Below are positions 1-9,639 of a stretch of 64,000 bases of DNA, one piece after another; within the stretch, counting starts at the first letter, position 1; each line of letters starts with the position of its first letter. The stretch lies in IMG/VR virus record IMGVR_UViG_3300045911_000760; one strand, written 5' to 3'. Under the pieces are notes generated by a model that had not been told where the DNA came from, searched no databases, and was given only the letters and a program-made list of their open reading frames with translations. The translations under genes were made by a program, and so were the position numbers. Source of the stretch: a virus (Duplodnaviria > Heunggongvirae > Uroviricota > Caudoviricetes).

Positions 1-184
1 CCGGAAGACGCTCTGGGTGGAGGTCTGGTGGCGGGACCCGAAGCTTCCGGCGGCGCGCCGGGAGTATGCCCTTGGGGCCGCCCAGGCAGGGGTCGAGGAG
101 TGGCGGCACCTGCCCGCGGGGTACCGGGTGCGGATCGTGCCGTCGAGGCGCCCGGTGGTGCAGGGGCCGGTCAGAGGCTGACCA

Positions 185-802
185 TCAGGGGACTCGAGAT
201 TCGAGCACCGGCCACTCGTCGTCAGGGGCGTCAGGAATGCGATCGCAGTACAGCAACGTGTCACCGGCGCCCGTGCGAGCCTTGATTTCAGCGAGCCGAG
301 CAGGCGTCAAGCTGCGTGCCCCGAGGCACGAGCCCGGGACGACATCAAGGCAGTTGAAGATCACGTAGGTGCCACGCTGCACGCAGATGTTCGGCGTCTC
401 TCGCGGGAGGTGCTCCGGAACGTTGCTCAGTGGAGGTGGGGCCGGGAGGATGGTGCTGGGGTCGGGCGATGGATTCGGATCCGGATCGCCATTCTGATCA
501 CCCCTCAACCCCTCGTCCTTTGGAGCAGGGGATGGCTCCGGCATTGGCAGGAGTTTTGTATCCTCACCGCCGTTGCCAACCATGTTGAGGCGACCCTTGA
601 TGGAACGCATGTCCTCTTCCAGGTGCCCCACCCGGATGGCCAACTCTCGGATGTTTCCGTGAACCCAGAAGACCGCACCGACGATCGCGATTAGCGGAAC
701 ACCGCTCGGCTCGACGATGCGTTGCCACAGCGGAAGTTGTGGCACGACGCGGACAGGATCGTTTTCCTGCCTCACCACGCCAGGCGGGTCCTGGGTATTC
801 AT
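185..802 (-). CDS. hypothetical membrane protein (one predicted TM helix, Cys-containing C-terminal domain)
   Basis: ORF 185..850 minus; internal Met (MNTQDPPG) is a more plausible start. Hydrophobic segment VPLIAIVGAVFWV. It lies beyond a strong minus-strand terminator, so it is a separate transcription unit. Confidence 0.3.
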   Translation of the reverse strand: MNTQDPPGVVRQENDPVRVVPQLPLWQRIVEPSGVPLIAIVGAVFWVHGNIRELAIRVGHLEEDMRSIKGRLNMVGNGGEDTKLLPMPEPSPAPKDEGLRGDQNGDPDPNPSPDPSTILPAPPPLSNVPEHLPRETPNICVQRGTYVIFNCLDVVPGSCLGARSLTPARLAEIKARTGAGDTLLYCDRIPDAPDDEWPVLESRVP

Positions 803-949
803 CAAGTGCCAAGCTAACACCGGGTCACCTCTTCCTGTCCAGGGTGCCACAACGGCTCGTGGTTGAGGTTCCGTAAGCGAAGCGCTCCCGATTGACGATC
901 ATCAACTGACCGCGCGGAACTTCCCGGAAGCACAGGCTTCTTCCCAGAC

Positions 950-1010
950 GAGAACAAAACGAAAAAAGGCCCCCGACCCCCGCCGGTGAGGGCGGAGAGC
1001 CGGGGGCGTA
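950..1010 (-). terminator. rho-independent terminator for the minus-strand unit ending at 1035
   Basis: GC-rich hairpin ggcccccgacccccgccggtgagggcggagagccgggggc (about 968-1008). On the minus strand it is followed by a U-run (plus-strand aacaaaacgaaaaaa 952-967). Confidence 0.55.
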
Positions 1011-1034
1011 GGGAGGCCTAGGCGGGTAGGGCGC

Positions 1035-1832
1035 TCAGCGGAGCCGCGCGTAGCGCTCCGGACGCTCCGGGAACACGGTGACGACGCGCGGGCGCCGGTC
1101 CGCGGTGCCCGCGGGTGGCAGCGCCGTAGCAATCGCGCTCTTGGGAAGAGAGTCGTGGAGCACGATTGGCAGTTGCACGTAGCTCATCAGAGACGCCAGG
1201 TAGTCGTTCTGGGCGAACGCGACCTGAATCGCCGCCCGGTCATCGTCGCGCCCCTGGTCGAACCGCTTGCTCGCATCGCTGACAAGCTTTTCCATTGCCG
1301 TGCGATCCTCGCTCACCCGCGCTGCGTCCTTCCGCACGGCGTCGACGACGCCATCCAGGCGAGCAACAGCTCGCGCCAGCTCCCGGGCCATGTCAGGTTG
1401 GCGCCAGGCCACGATCATCGCCGTAGCCTGCTCCCCGGCCGCGGTCAGAGCTGGCGGCGAGACGTACAGCACCGCAGCCAAGGCGAGCATCAGGATCGTG
1501 GCCCGCCCAGCACTGCCCGCGCGGCTCAGAAGATCGACGATGCTCACCGCGGCTCGCGCGAAGGTGCTGTGCCGCCCGGAGTCTGGCCCGGTTCCTCGCT
1601 CCACGGGCACCGGAGCCGGACGGGGCGCTGGCGCCGCCTGTGGCTCACTCGGCGGCTCTGGGGGCGTCGCCGGGCGCGGAGCAGGGGCAGCGGGCCCCGC
1701 TTGCGGGAGCTCTGGCGGGCGCTCCACGTGGCGCGGCGGGTGCACCGGGCCGACCTCGCGCGCGGGCGGGGGGAGCGGAACGTTGCGCGCGCCCGGCACA
1801 CCGGGGCGGCGGGGCTGGTCAGGCGGGGGCAT
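1035..1832 (-). CDS. hypothetical protein; Pro/Arg-rich N-terminus, one TM segment, C-terminal soluble domain
   Basis: ORF in the six-frame track. TM-like ILMLALAAVLYVSPPALTAAG followed by a non-biased domain (KLVSDASKRFDQGRDDDRAAIQVAFAQNDY). The N-terminal third is low complexity, so the start is uncertain. Confidence 0.3.
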   Translation of the reverse strand: MPPPDQPRRPGVPGARNVPLPPPAREVGPVHPPRHVERPPELPQAGPAAPAPRPATPPEPPSEPQAAPAPRPAPVPVERGTGPDSGRHSTFARAAVSIVDLLSRAGSAGRATILMLALAAVLYVSPPALTAAGEQATAMIVAWRQPDMARELARAVARLDGVVDAVRKDAARVSEDRTAMEKLVSDASKRFDQGRDDDRAAIQVAFAQNDYLASLMSYVQLPIVLHDSLPKSAIATALPPAGTADRRPRVVTVFPERPERYARLR

Positions 1833-2361
1833 CGGCTTCTCCGTTTGGCTCCGCGCCGGGCGGCTCGGGCGCGTTCCCGCGGGCGGCCTTCAGCGCTGCG
1901 ATCTCCGCCTCGATTGCGGCGTGCCGCTTCTCGCACGCGGCCTTGTCGGCCTCGAGTGCGCTCAGCCGTCCGTCGTGCTCCTCGAAGAGGTCGTCATGCT
2001 GTTCGAAGCGGTCGTCGCCTTCCGCGAGACGATCGTCGATCCCGTTGAGACGCGTCCGGAAGGTCCGGAACTGCCTGAGCAGCAGCGTCCCGTTCTCCCG
2101 GTTCAGGCGGGTCTCCCTCGCCAGCGCTCCGAAGGCACCGTTCTCGCTGAAGAACTCGGACATCCCGTCGGCGAGCTCCCGTTGCATCGCTCGTGTTTCG
2201 TCTCGTTCTGCCCGGATTTCCCCGAGCAACTCGATGAGCAGCGGCGGCGCTTCGATCGTACGCGGGTCGAGTTCTCGCGGCTCCGAGGGCACCTTGTGAT
2301 CGCGGCTCGTGGGTTCTTCAGGCGGCGGGGGAAGCATGCTGGTCTCGTGCTCGTCGCTCAT
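1819..2361 (-). CDS. hypothetical coiled-coil protein
   Basis: 180-aa ORF starting 5 nt after the stop of the large fibre gene. Acidic, heptad-like C-terminus (AACEKRHAAIEAEIAALKAARG). Confidence 0.4.
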   Translation of the reverse strand: MSDEHETSMLPPPPEEPTSRDHKVPSEPRELDPRTIEAPPLLIELLGEIRAERDETRAMQRELADGMSEFFSENGAFGALARETRLNRENGTLLLRQFRTFRTRLNGIDDRLAEGDDRFEQHDDLFEEHDGRLSALEADKAACEKRHAAIEAEIAALKAARGNAPEPPGAEPNGEADAPA

Positions 2362-2365
2362 CGGG

Positions 2366-5300
2366 TTACCTGTCCATCACGGAAACGAAGAAGGACCGCT
2401 CGTCGGTCCTCGGTGGCGTGTTGTCGGTCGTGACGCGATTGGTCACGCGGTACTTCTGTCCAGCGACGCCGCCGCTCAGCCAGACGGTGGTCCGACTTCC
2501 GTCGGTCTGCGGCGCGAAGGCTCCGCTACCGATCTCGAGTTCGTCGCCGTCCGCAGTCCACGAGCTTTCGGCGATCTCCTCGTCGGCCTGCAGCCAGCTC
2601 GACCAGTTGAAGCCGTAGTCCAGAGTGGCGTCGGGGTCTTTGACGATCGTCTTCTGATGCATCGTGGAACTCGCGGAGAAGGTGCGGAGCTCGGGCTCGA
2701 TCGAGACGAAGCGGGTGGGCGGGGGAGGGGTGAACGCGCCGGCGGCCGCGGCGATCACGGCGGCTCCGAGTTCGCGAGCCACCAGAGTCGCGGCGCGGAG
2801 CGAGAGCGCGTCCGTGCCCAGCTGGAGACCCACGAGAGCGGCGAACTCGAAGCCCAGGCGGATGAGTTCCGCTTCCCCGAGCGAGAGCGCGACCAGCTCC
2901 GCCGGGGTGAGCACGAGCGTGGACGGACCGAATGGGCGCGCGGCCGCAGTGGTGGCAAGGAGCGGTGCCGAGGCGGGGCCGTGATGCAGGGCAGAGAGCG
3001 ACGTCGCCCCGAGGGGCAGCGTCGGACTTCGGAGCGCATGGGGCTCGAGCGCGGCCGGCGCGGCGACGACGACCGCGGGCCCACCGTGCACCGCAGCGCT
3101 CTGCCCCGTCGCGACCCGCAGGACGTCCGTGCCGAGGCCCAGGGCGAGCAGTGCGTCGACGGTCAGGGCGCCGCTGTCGATGAGCGCCAGGCCGAGCTCC
3201 AGGGCGACCTGAGCCGTCGTGCTGACCCCGGCCGAAGCTGGGCCCAAGAGGGGGGCGGCTGCGGCCTGCACGCTTGCCCCAACCGCTCCGCTACCGAGGA
3301 GCAGCCCGCTGGCGCTGAGCGCCGCAAGCTGCAGGGCCGCGGCGCCGTGCTCTCGTCCCGCAACGTCCGTAGACGCGACCGCCACCGCAGGAGTCCCCCA
3401 AAGCGGCGCGGAGAGCGACAGAGGCGACACGACCAGAGACGCGGTACCGAACTCGACGGCCTCGAGTTCGTCGACAGCGACCCAGCTGCTGGCAGGCGGC
3501 GGGTACCAGACCTCGGCGTCCTCCTCGAGATCGCCCGAGAAGTACATGGCCGTCGACGTGCCGCCGAGCAGCGACGCCATGGCCGAGCGGTCCATCGCGC
3601 GCTCTGGGTCACCTTGGCCGTGGCCCGGCGAAGCGTCGTAGACGTCGGCGTACAGGTCGACGAAGTCGACGAGTTCTTGCTGCGCGTCCGTGGCCGTGAA
3701 CTGCGGCCCGAGGTGGGGGGCATCGCCGAAGGTGGCGAGGAGCGTCTCCCACGCGACTTGCTGCAGGCTCTCGGCCTGCTCTCCGGTGACCGTGGACGGG
3801 TAGATCGCACCCCGCGGGTCTCGCCGGTAGAGCGTCCCGTAGATCACGAGGGCGGCGAAGTACTTGCCGAGGTCCGTCAGGTGGACGTTGTTCGTGCCGT
3901 GGTCGCTGAAGATGAGCGCGAGCGTGTCGTCGACCGTCGCGCCCGTGATTCCGGCGAGCGTGCCCGTCGTGGCCTGCTCGACCAGCTCGGCCAGGGCGCC
4001 CGACACCGGGAGGATCTGCAGACGATCGCTGCGGCCCTCAAGCGCGAGGGAGGCGTTGACGCGCGAGCACACTGCGGCATGCGCGAGGTCCTTGGCGCGC
4101 GCGTAGGCGATCCACGTCGAGAGCCCCGCCACCGTGTACGGGAGCCACGTCGTGTAGAAGTAGCCGACGCAATCCGGAGACCCCTCCCGTACGAGCTCGT
4201 AAATGTGTCGCGCGAGCGGGACGGTGTCGTGACTCGCGATGGCCTGCAGCAGGTCATGCCCTTCGCAGAAGGCGAGCGCGTCGTAGGGGCGAGCGGTCTC
4301 GCGTCCAGCGACGGCCTGCACGTTGCGGAAGTGCTCGACCAGATCGAGGTTCTCCCCCGCGCGATTGTGCCCATGCCGGTACCCCGGCCACGTCACGTAA
4401 TCGGGAGCTGGAGCGATAGGGGGGCCGCCAGCCGTTCGGTACTCCAGCGACGCTCCGATGACGTAGCGACGCCCGTAGTCCACCTCCAACCCTTCGCCGA
4501 TCGCGATGTCCCTTACGTCACCAGGGATCCGCTCGTCGGTAAGCGAGTGGCCGTCGATCTGGAAAGCGACGATGGTGCGCGACGGCCCCAGGTCGTCAGG
4601 CTCAGGTAGAGACCCGCTCGGGTCCACTGGGCCACCCTCGCCGACGGCGAGTTCGGAGGCGATCAGGAGCGGTCCCTGCCAGCTGGACCCCGTCTGGTCG
4701 AAGGTGGGCGACGTCGTGACGCCCCACCCGTGCACGACGGGGAATCGGTTTCCGAGGCGCACGCGGGAGCGCCCGGTTTCGGTGAGCGGCGACGCGGGGG
4801 CAAGGTCGAGCGTCTCTGGCCCGAACGCTGCCGCGGTGGCCGAAACCCGGTGCGCCGCGTCTCCGAGTGCGCTGAGCGTGGTGGTCAGCGCTCCGCGCAC
4901 GATCGAAGTCTGGACGTAGGCGGCAGCGCCGTTCGCCGAACTGTCGTCGTAGCCGGTGATGGCCCGCGCCTGGAACGCGAGGCGGGTCACCCCGTCGTAC
5001 GCAAAGGCGATCTTCCCGCGCGTGATGGTCGGGTCGGACTCGGAGCTTGCCGGCACGACGCCGCGCCAACGCTGGGCGAACTCTCCCCCGGAACCGCCGG
5101 AGGCAACCTGCACCCAGGTGACGCCCAGCCCGCTGGGCGTGACGTCGTCCGAGCCGAACGTGAAGATGTCGAGCTCGAGCAGTTCCCCTTCGTAGACCGT
5201 GAGCCAGCCCGTCTTCGGCTCCGGGTAGTCGTCGGTGCTGTACTCGTACCCTCCGAGGCTGCGGATCTCGAGCGAGCGCGCGGGTGGCGCTTCGGCCGCC

Positions 5301-6307
5301 GTGGTGAAGTTCCACTCGGCGGGGTCGTCGATCCCGCCCCACGGCTCGCCATCGTCCAGGGACTCGATTGCGCCGTCATCGACCAGGACGTGATAGGCGG
5401 TCTCGTGGTCGAGTGGCGCCGATAGCTCAAGCGTGACGGTCGACCCATCGAAGGTCGCGTCGGTCTCGACGTCCCACGCCTCGACCAAGCCCACGCCGGT
5501 CTCGTGGAGCTCGACGAAGCCCGCGCCCGCGGCGACGGACTGGTCGAACGTGAGCACCAGCTCCGCGTCGACCGAGACACCCGTGGCGTTGTCGGCCGGC
5601 GAGATCCCGGTGAGCACCGGGGGCTCGGGGTCTCCGCCGCCGCCCCCGGGCCCCCCGTCGCCTTCGACGAGCTCGCCGACGATGAACATCGGCCCGAGCC
5701 AGTTCGATCCGTCCTGCGTGAACCCGGGCGTCGTGGTGTCGCCGTACGCAGCTACGGCAACGTGGGGGTTGTCCTCCGGATCTGCCGGGTCAGGGACGCG
5801 CCCAACCTCGACAAGCGGGGAATCCCCTGTGAGGTCGAGACCGGGTGGCCCGAAGGCTCCGGCGAACGCTGTGGCGCGGTTCTCGGCGGCGCCGAACGTC
5901 GCCATCGTCGTGGTGAGCACACGGCGCAGGACGTCGGACTGCCCGTCTCGGTACGCGGCCGCGCCGTTGGGGAGGCTATCGTCGTAGCCGGACCACGCCT
6001 TGGCCACCCAGGCGACGCTTTCGAGTCCCGCGCCATACGCGATCGAAATCTGACCCGTGGCGTCGGACGTCGCCACGCCGCGGTAGCGCATCGCGTACTC
6101 CGCAAAGGAGCCGCCGTTCACCTCCAGTTCCCACTCGATGCCCAGCCCGGTCGGGGTGACCGTCGGCTCCGTCTCGCCGCCGAAGACGAGCAGGTCGAGC
6201 TCGATGAGCTCGCCAGCCACGACGGAGATCGACGCGGTCTGGACGGGGCTGGGCGTGTCCCAGCTCGCCGCCCTTCCGGCGGTGAGAAAGCGTACTGAAA
6301 GCGGCAT
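2366..6307 (-). CDS. large tail fibre / receptor-binding protein (1313 aa) with a tandemly duplicated N-terminal module
   Basis: Long ORF at the distal end of the tail/fibre cluster. It contains two copies of a roughly 250-aa module (WSGYDDSLPNGAAAYRDGQSDVLRRVLTTTMATFGAA / ITGYDDSSANGAAAYVQTSIVRGALTTTLSALGDAA) that includes an Ig-like SbsA-type segment (SPADNATGVSVDAELVLTFDQSV). The central region has an alkaline-phosphatase/sulfatase-like SDHG signature (LIFSDHGTNNVHLTDLG). A distinct about 100-aa C-terminal domain is present (DYGFNWSSW...RVTNRVTTDNTP). Confidence 0.6.
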   Translation of the reverse strand: MPLSVRFLTAGRAASWDTPSPVQTASISVVAGELIELDLLVFGGETEPTVTPTGLGIEWELEVNGGSFAEYAMRYRGVATSDATGQISIAYGAGLESVAWVAKAWSGYDDSLPNGAAAYRDGQSDVLRRVLTTTMATFGAAENRATAFAGAFGPPGLDLTGDSPLVEVGRVPDPADPEDNPHVAVAAYGDTTTPGFTQDGSNWLGPMFIVGELVEGDGGPGGGGGDPEPPVLTGISPADNATGVSVDAELVLTFDQSVAAGAGFVELHETGVGLVEAWDVETDATFDGSTVTLELSAPLDHETAYHVLVDDGAIESLDDGEPWGGIDDPAEWNFTTAAEAPPARSLEIRSLGGYEYSTDDYPEPKTGWLTVYEGELLELDIFTFGSDDVTPSGLGVTWVQVASGGSGGEFAQRWRGVVPASSESDPTITRGKIAFAYDGVTRLAFQARAITGYDDSSANGAAAYVQTSIVRGALTTTLSALGDAAHRVSATAAAFGPETLDLAPASPLTETGRSRVRLGNRFPVVHGWGVTTSPTFDQTGSSWQGPLLIASELAVGEGGPVDPSGSLPEPDDLGPSRTIVAFQIDGHSLTDERIPGDVRDIAIGEGLEVDYGRRYVIGASLEYRTAGGPPIAPAPDYVTWPGYRHGHNRAGENLDLVEHFRNVQAVAGRETARPYDALAFCEGHDLLQAIASHDTVPLARHIYELVREGSPDCVGYFYTTWLPYTVAGLSTWIAYARAKDLAHAAVCSRVNASLALEGRSDRLQILPVSGALAELVEQATTGTLAGITGATVDDTLALIFSDHGTNNVHLTDLGKYFAALVIYGTLYRRDPRGAIYPSTVTGEQAESLQQVAWETLLATFGDAPHLGPQFTATDAQQELVDFVDLYADVYDASPGHGQGDPERAMDRSAMASLLGGTSTAMYFSGDLEEDAEVWYPPPASSWVAVDELEAVEFGTASLVVSPLSLSAPLWGTPAVAVASTDVAGREHGAAALQLAALSASGLLLGSGAVGASVQAAAAPLLGPASAGVSTTAQVALELGLALIDSGALTVDALLALGLGTDVLRVATGQSAAVHGGPAVVVAAPAALEPHALRSPTLPLGATSLSALHHGPASAPLLATTAAARPFGPSTLVLTPAELVALSLGEAELIRLGFEFAALVGLQLGTDALSLRAATLVARELGAAVIAAAAGAFTPPPPTRFVSIEPELRTFSASSTMHQKTIVKDPDATLDYGFNWSSWLQADEEIAESSWTADGDELEIGSGAFAPQTDGSRTTVWLSGGVAGQKYRVTNRVTTDNTPPRTDERSFFVSVMDR

Positions 6308-6363
6308 GGGCTACCGGGCGGAAGCGGGGAGTGGTCGCGCGCGGAGGAACGGGCGAAGCGGGC

Positions 6364-7221
6364 TCACGCGCTGACAGCGCCGAGGCGGAACACACCGAGG
6401 GAGCTGTTCCAGCGGACCTCCTGGTCCGCCGTGGTCGTCAGCCCGCCACCGGGGAGCCCCTGCGCCTGTCGCTTGATCGCCACGAGTCGGCTCGTCCCAG
6501 CGCTGCCGGTGTCCAGGTAGAGCACCATCGCGACTCCGCCCGTGACCCCCGGGTCTCCCGGGAACGTGACGTCGTCGCCGTCGACCACGCCATCCACGAA
6601 GGTGAGGTTGTCGATTTCCTGCGGCGTGCCCGTGCGCTGCCCGGAGGGGACGTCGTCGAGGAAGTCGTGCCCCGCGGCGTACGTGTACGCGGCGGTGACG
6701 AAGAGCACCATCAGCGGCAAGGACGAGATGTCCGAGTTGGCCGGGCGCGAGAGCAGCGCTTCGGCGAACGCCGGATAGAGGTGGTTTTGCCCGCTCGTGA
6801 TGGCGATCGGGATCGCCGGGATCGTGACCGCCTGGTCCTCGGCGTCACCCGTGGGGGTTTCCGGGTCGGACTCGAGGAACTCGAGCGGGAGGTTCGGCGC
6901 GGAGTCGAAGTGCGCCACGAGCCGGCTCGTCCCAGCGCTGCCGGTGTCGATGTACAGGATCGCCTGCGTTGCCGTGTCGCCCGCGAGCCCCGCGCCCGAA
7001 TAGTCGGGCACCGTGAAGCCGAACGCTCCGCCCGTGTAGTCCTTGCTCGTGACCTCGACGGCGGTGCCGAGCACGCCCGTGACGTCGGACAGGAACTCGT
7101 GCGCGTCAGAGTAGCTGTAGGCGCTGGTCAGGAACGCGAACCGAACGGTGCCGCTGAGGGCGCTGTTTGCGGCGCGCGTGAGGGTCGCTTCGAGAAACTT
7201 CGGATACCACTTGTTCGACAT
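6364..7221 (-). CDS. hypothetical phage protein with internal tandem domain duplication
   Basis: 285-aa ORF with two related halves (SYSDAHEFLSDV...ILYIDTGSAGTSRLVAHFDSAPNLP versus YTYAAGHDFLDDV...VLYLDTGSAGTSRLVAIKRQAQGLP). It sits between the lysis genes and the large fibre. Confidence 0.45.
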   Translation of the reverse strand: MSNKWYPKFLEATLTRAANSALSGTVRFAFLTSAYSYSDAHEFLSDVTGVLGTAVEVTSKDYTGGAFGFTVPDYSGAGLAGDTATQAILYIDTGSAGTSRLVAHFDSAPNLPLEFLESDPETPTGDAEDQAVTIPAIPIAITSGQNHLYPAFAEALLSRPANSDISSLPLMVLFVTAAYTYAAGHDFLDDVPSGQRTGTPQEIDNLTFVDGVVDGDDVTFPGDPGVTGGVAMVLYLDTGSAGTSRLVAIKRQAQGLPGGGLTTTADQEVRWNSSLGVFRLGAVSA

Positions 7222-7347
7222 GGGAGGACCTCAGAGCCCGCGGCGACACGCACCGGGGCCGACGCGCACGCGGCGCGGGTTGATGGGGAGTTGTGGGTGG
7301 CCGGCGCGATGGGGCGTCGGCGCGTGGGGTTGGGAGGAGGCTTCGTC

Positions 7348-7674
7348 CTACCGCTGGGGCCGACCACGGCCTGGACCGCGATCGGGGGCAGGATTGGGCG
7401 GCTGGGCGAGCAGCTGCCTGCGGCGCCGTCGGTGCGTGCTGAGCACCTCGATGCGCCCGCGCACATCTTCGGGGAGAGCGGACGGGAGCTCGTCAGCGTC
7501 GCCCTCCATGTACCCGGCGACTTGGTCCACCGTCGGGGCGAGGCGAGCGATCACGGCCGCGAGGGCTGCGGCGCTCACGTCGCCGGCGGGGAGCTCCGTC
7601 TCCACGAGCGGGGCCAGGGTGTCGAGTGCGAGGGTGTAGCGTCGGACGACGGCGGTGCGTTCGTTTTCTGGCAT
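7348..7674 (-). CDS. hypothetical protein
   Basis: 108-aa ORF immediately downstream of the endolysin; non-biased composition over the first 80 aa. Confidence 0.35.
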   Translation of the reverse strand: MPENERTAVVRRYTLALDTLAPLVETELPAGDVSAAALAAVIARLAPTVDQVAGYMEGDADELPSALPEDVRGRIEVLSTHRRRRRQLLAQPPNPAPDRGPGRGRPQR

Positions 7675-7690
7675 GGGGGTCTCCGTTCAA

Positions 7691-8308
7691 CTACGTCGCG
7701 AGCAGTTCGCGCCCGGCGATCGCGGACGCGATGGCGCGAACGTGTGACATCGGCATGAGCGGTCCGGGATCCACCTTGCCGTTCGTCGCCACGGCGCTGT
7801 GGCCGACGATGCGCCGCACGGACGGATAGGCGGCGGCGATGGACCCGCAGAGCTGGCCGAGGGTGTCAATCTCCTCGTCCGTGTAGATGGCCCACCACTT
7901 CCACGGGGTGCCAGGCATGGTTGCCTGGGCCGCTTCAGATCGAAGCCATTTGCGCCCGTACGTGGTGAACAGCTCGCCGTCACGCTCCACCAGCGGGCCC
8001 GGGTTCACGACCGTCACGCCGAAGGCTCGGTCGTTCCAGCCGGCGGCATGGGCGCCCTTGAACTCCAGCGGCACGTACTGGTGAATTTGGGCAACGGAAT
8101 GCCGCTCCGAATCCATCCAGCCGTCGATGGCGAGGTGGTAGTCGAGTTTGCTCGAGAACACGGCCCGCCTGTTCATGGGCAGGTCATGGCAGACGTCGTA
8201 GTGCACCACGATCGCGTCCGGTCTCCGCAGCGGGAACAGGCGCGACGCTTCCCGCGTGGGGATGTAGTCGCAACGCTCGTCGATGAGCATGTGGTCGACG
8301 ACCTTCAT
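7691..8308 (-). CDS. endolysin, N-acetylmuramoyl-L-alanine amidase (Amidase_2/PGRP fold)
   Basis: Amidase_2-like motifs: IVVHYDVCH, WNDRAFGVTVVNPG, RIVGHSAV. Start taken at the internal ATG (MKVVDHML), which has an ATGA overlap with a 33-aa upstream mini-ORF. Confidence 0.7.
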   Translation of the reverse strand: MKVVDHMLIDERCDYIPTREASRLFPLRRPDAIVVHYDVCHDLPMNRRAVFSSKLDYHLAIDGWMDSERHSVAQIHQYVPLEFKGAHAAGWNDRAFGVTVVNPGPLVERDGELFTTYGRKWLRSEAAQATMPGTPWKWWAIYTDEEIDTLGQLCGSIAAAYPSVRRIVGHSAVATNGKVDPGPLMPMSHVRAIASAIAGRELLAT

Positions 8309-8528
8309 ACGGGAACCACCAGTCTTCGCTTTCGCTCCGCAAACTCGCGGCTCCACGCCTCGGCTTCGCGCTTGCGTCGCTTGTGGTTGGCCATCGGGGT
8401 GGACATCAATTGCCCGTCACGTGGGGCAAGCGATTGAGTTCGCATGTGTTTTTCGGACACGCCGCGTGACACGTGGGCGGACAATCACGTGCTGTCCCAC
8501 TCCGCGCTGCGGTCGTAGACCCAGGCCG

Positions 8529-8700
8529 TCACCCCTTGGTCGGCCCCCGACGCTTCATCCGCTCGAGCCTGAGCGGGCTCTTCAGGGACTCGGGCATCTC
8601 CGGCGGCAGGTCGTCCCGCTTGCCGTCGACGTAGTCGATCGCCGCCTGAATCAGCGGCCCGAAGAGCGTCACGATCTTGAGCACCTCGACGGCGGTCACG
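8529..8700 (-). CDS. small hypothetical protein (about 56 aa)
   Basis: Unlisted short ORF (VTAVEVLKIVTLFGPLIQAAIDYVDGKRDDLPPEMPESLKSPLRLERMKRRGPTKG). Its GTG start overlaps the stop of the upstream gene as GTGA. Coordinates +/-1. Confidence 0.2.
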
Positions 8701-9238
8701 AGTCACCTGCCCCTCCGAGGCCAAGCCACGCCTCGGCCATAGCGAGCGCTTGCAGCGCCTCAGCAGGGACGGTGATTGCTGGGTCCGCTGCGAGTTGCCG
8801 CACGATCCGCACCGCGTCGAGCAGGGCTGTCCGCACGTCCTCCACCTTCCCCACGACGAGGTGTCCATGCGCAGCCGAGAGCGCGGCGTGGGCGAGTTGG
8901 AGTCGCTGGCTCCGGACTTCGGCCGCACGGAGGTCCTTCGCCGAGTAGCCGACGTGCTCGAGTTCCGCCAATCGTTGGTCCTCGACGGTATCGATCGCCG
9001 CGAGGGCCAGGCGAGCCGCGTCGTACGCAACGCGTGCTGGGCTGCCGACGCTCGCCGCAGGCGCGGTCGCTGGCCCGGGCGGGGTACACCCGACGGGCAC
9101 CACGAGCAGCAGGGCAACGGCGGTCACCAGGAGACCCACCAGCGCCCGCACGTAGTAGGCGAACCGCGGCCAGAGCGTGACGCGCCACAGTGCGCGAGAG
9201 AGCCGGCGCTTGCGGCCGACGGGGGCGGCTTGCGTCAT
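8696..9238 (-). CDS. spanin-like / membrane-anchored periplasmic coiled-coil protein (i-spanin candidate)
   Basis: N-terminal TM anchor (ALVGLLVTAVALLLVVPVGC) followed by an alpha-helical domain. It lies in the lysis cassette upstream of the amidase endolysin. No separate lipoprotein o-spanin was identified. Confidence 0.4.
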   Translation of the reverse strand: MTQAAPVGRKRRLSRALWRVTLWPRFAYYVRALVGLLVTAVALLLVVPVGCTPPGPATAPAASVGSPARVAYDAARLALAAIDTVEDQRLAELEHVGYSAKDLRAAEVRSQRLQLAHAALSAAHGHLVVGKVEDVRTALLDAVRIVRQLAADPAITVPAEALQALAMAEAWLGLGGAGDS

Positions 9239-9639
9239 CGGAGCAACCCCTCGTTCTTCGCCCTGACCAGGGCAGCCTCGACGTGGAGACGGAGCAGGGC
9301 GTCGGCGTCCTGCGACACGCGCTGAAGCTCCGCGAGACCGGCGGAGCCGAGCTCGACCTTCGCCGCGCTCACCGCGAATTTCAGCGCCTCGGCGGCGTCG
9401 AGCGGGTCGAGGGTGCCGTCTTCGCTCTTTTCCTTGAGCTTCTCGACGAAGGTCTGATGGGTCGTGAGCACTGCGGTCGCAGCGGCTCGCTCCACGCGCT
9501 CCAGGATCGCGCGCTGGCGGTCGGTGCCGAACCGCTGTGAGAGGAAGTGCCCGGCGCGGGTGATGCCCACGAACAGAATGGTGCTCAGGAGCACGCCGAG
9601 CGCCTCCAGCACCTCGGGGGTGAGGATCTCTTTCAACAT
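9235..9639 (-). CDS. membrane protein, possible holin
   Basis: Internal Met start (MLKEILTPEVLEALGVLLSTILFVGITRAG) gives a 134-aa protein with one N-terminal TM helix. ATGA overlap with the spanin-like gene. It is adjacent to the lysis genes. Confidence 0.3.
   Translation of the reverse strand: MLKEILTPEVLEALGVLLSTILFVGITRAGHFLSQRFGTDRQRAILERVERAAATAVLTTHQTFVEKLKEKSEDGTLDPLDAAEALKFAVSAAKVELGSAGLAELQRVSQDADALLRLHVEAALVRAKNEGLLR

Noticed and set aside
2366-2700. Diversity-generating retroelement target (C-terminal variable region of the big fibre).
   Set aside because: No reverse transcriptase gene and no template-repeat copy of the C-terminal coding segment were found anywhere in the window.
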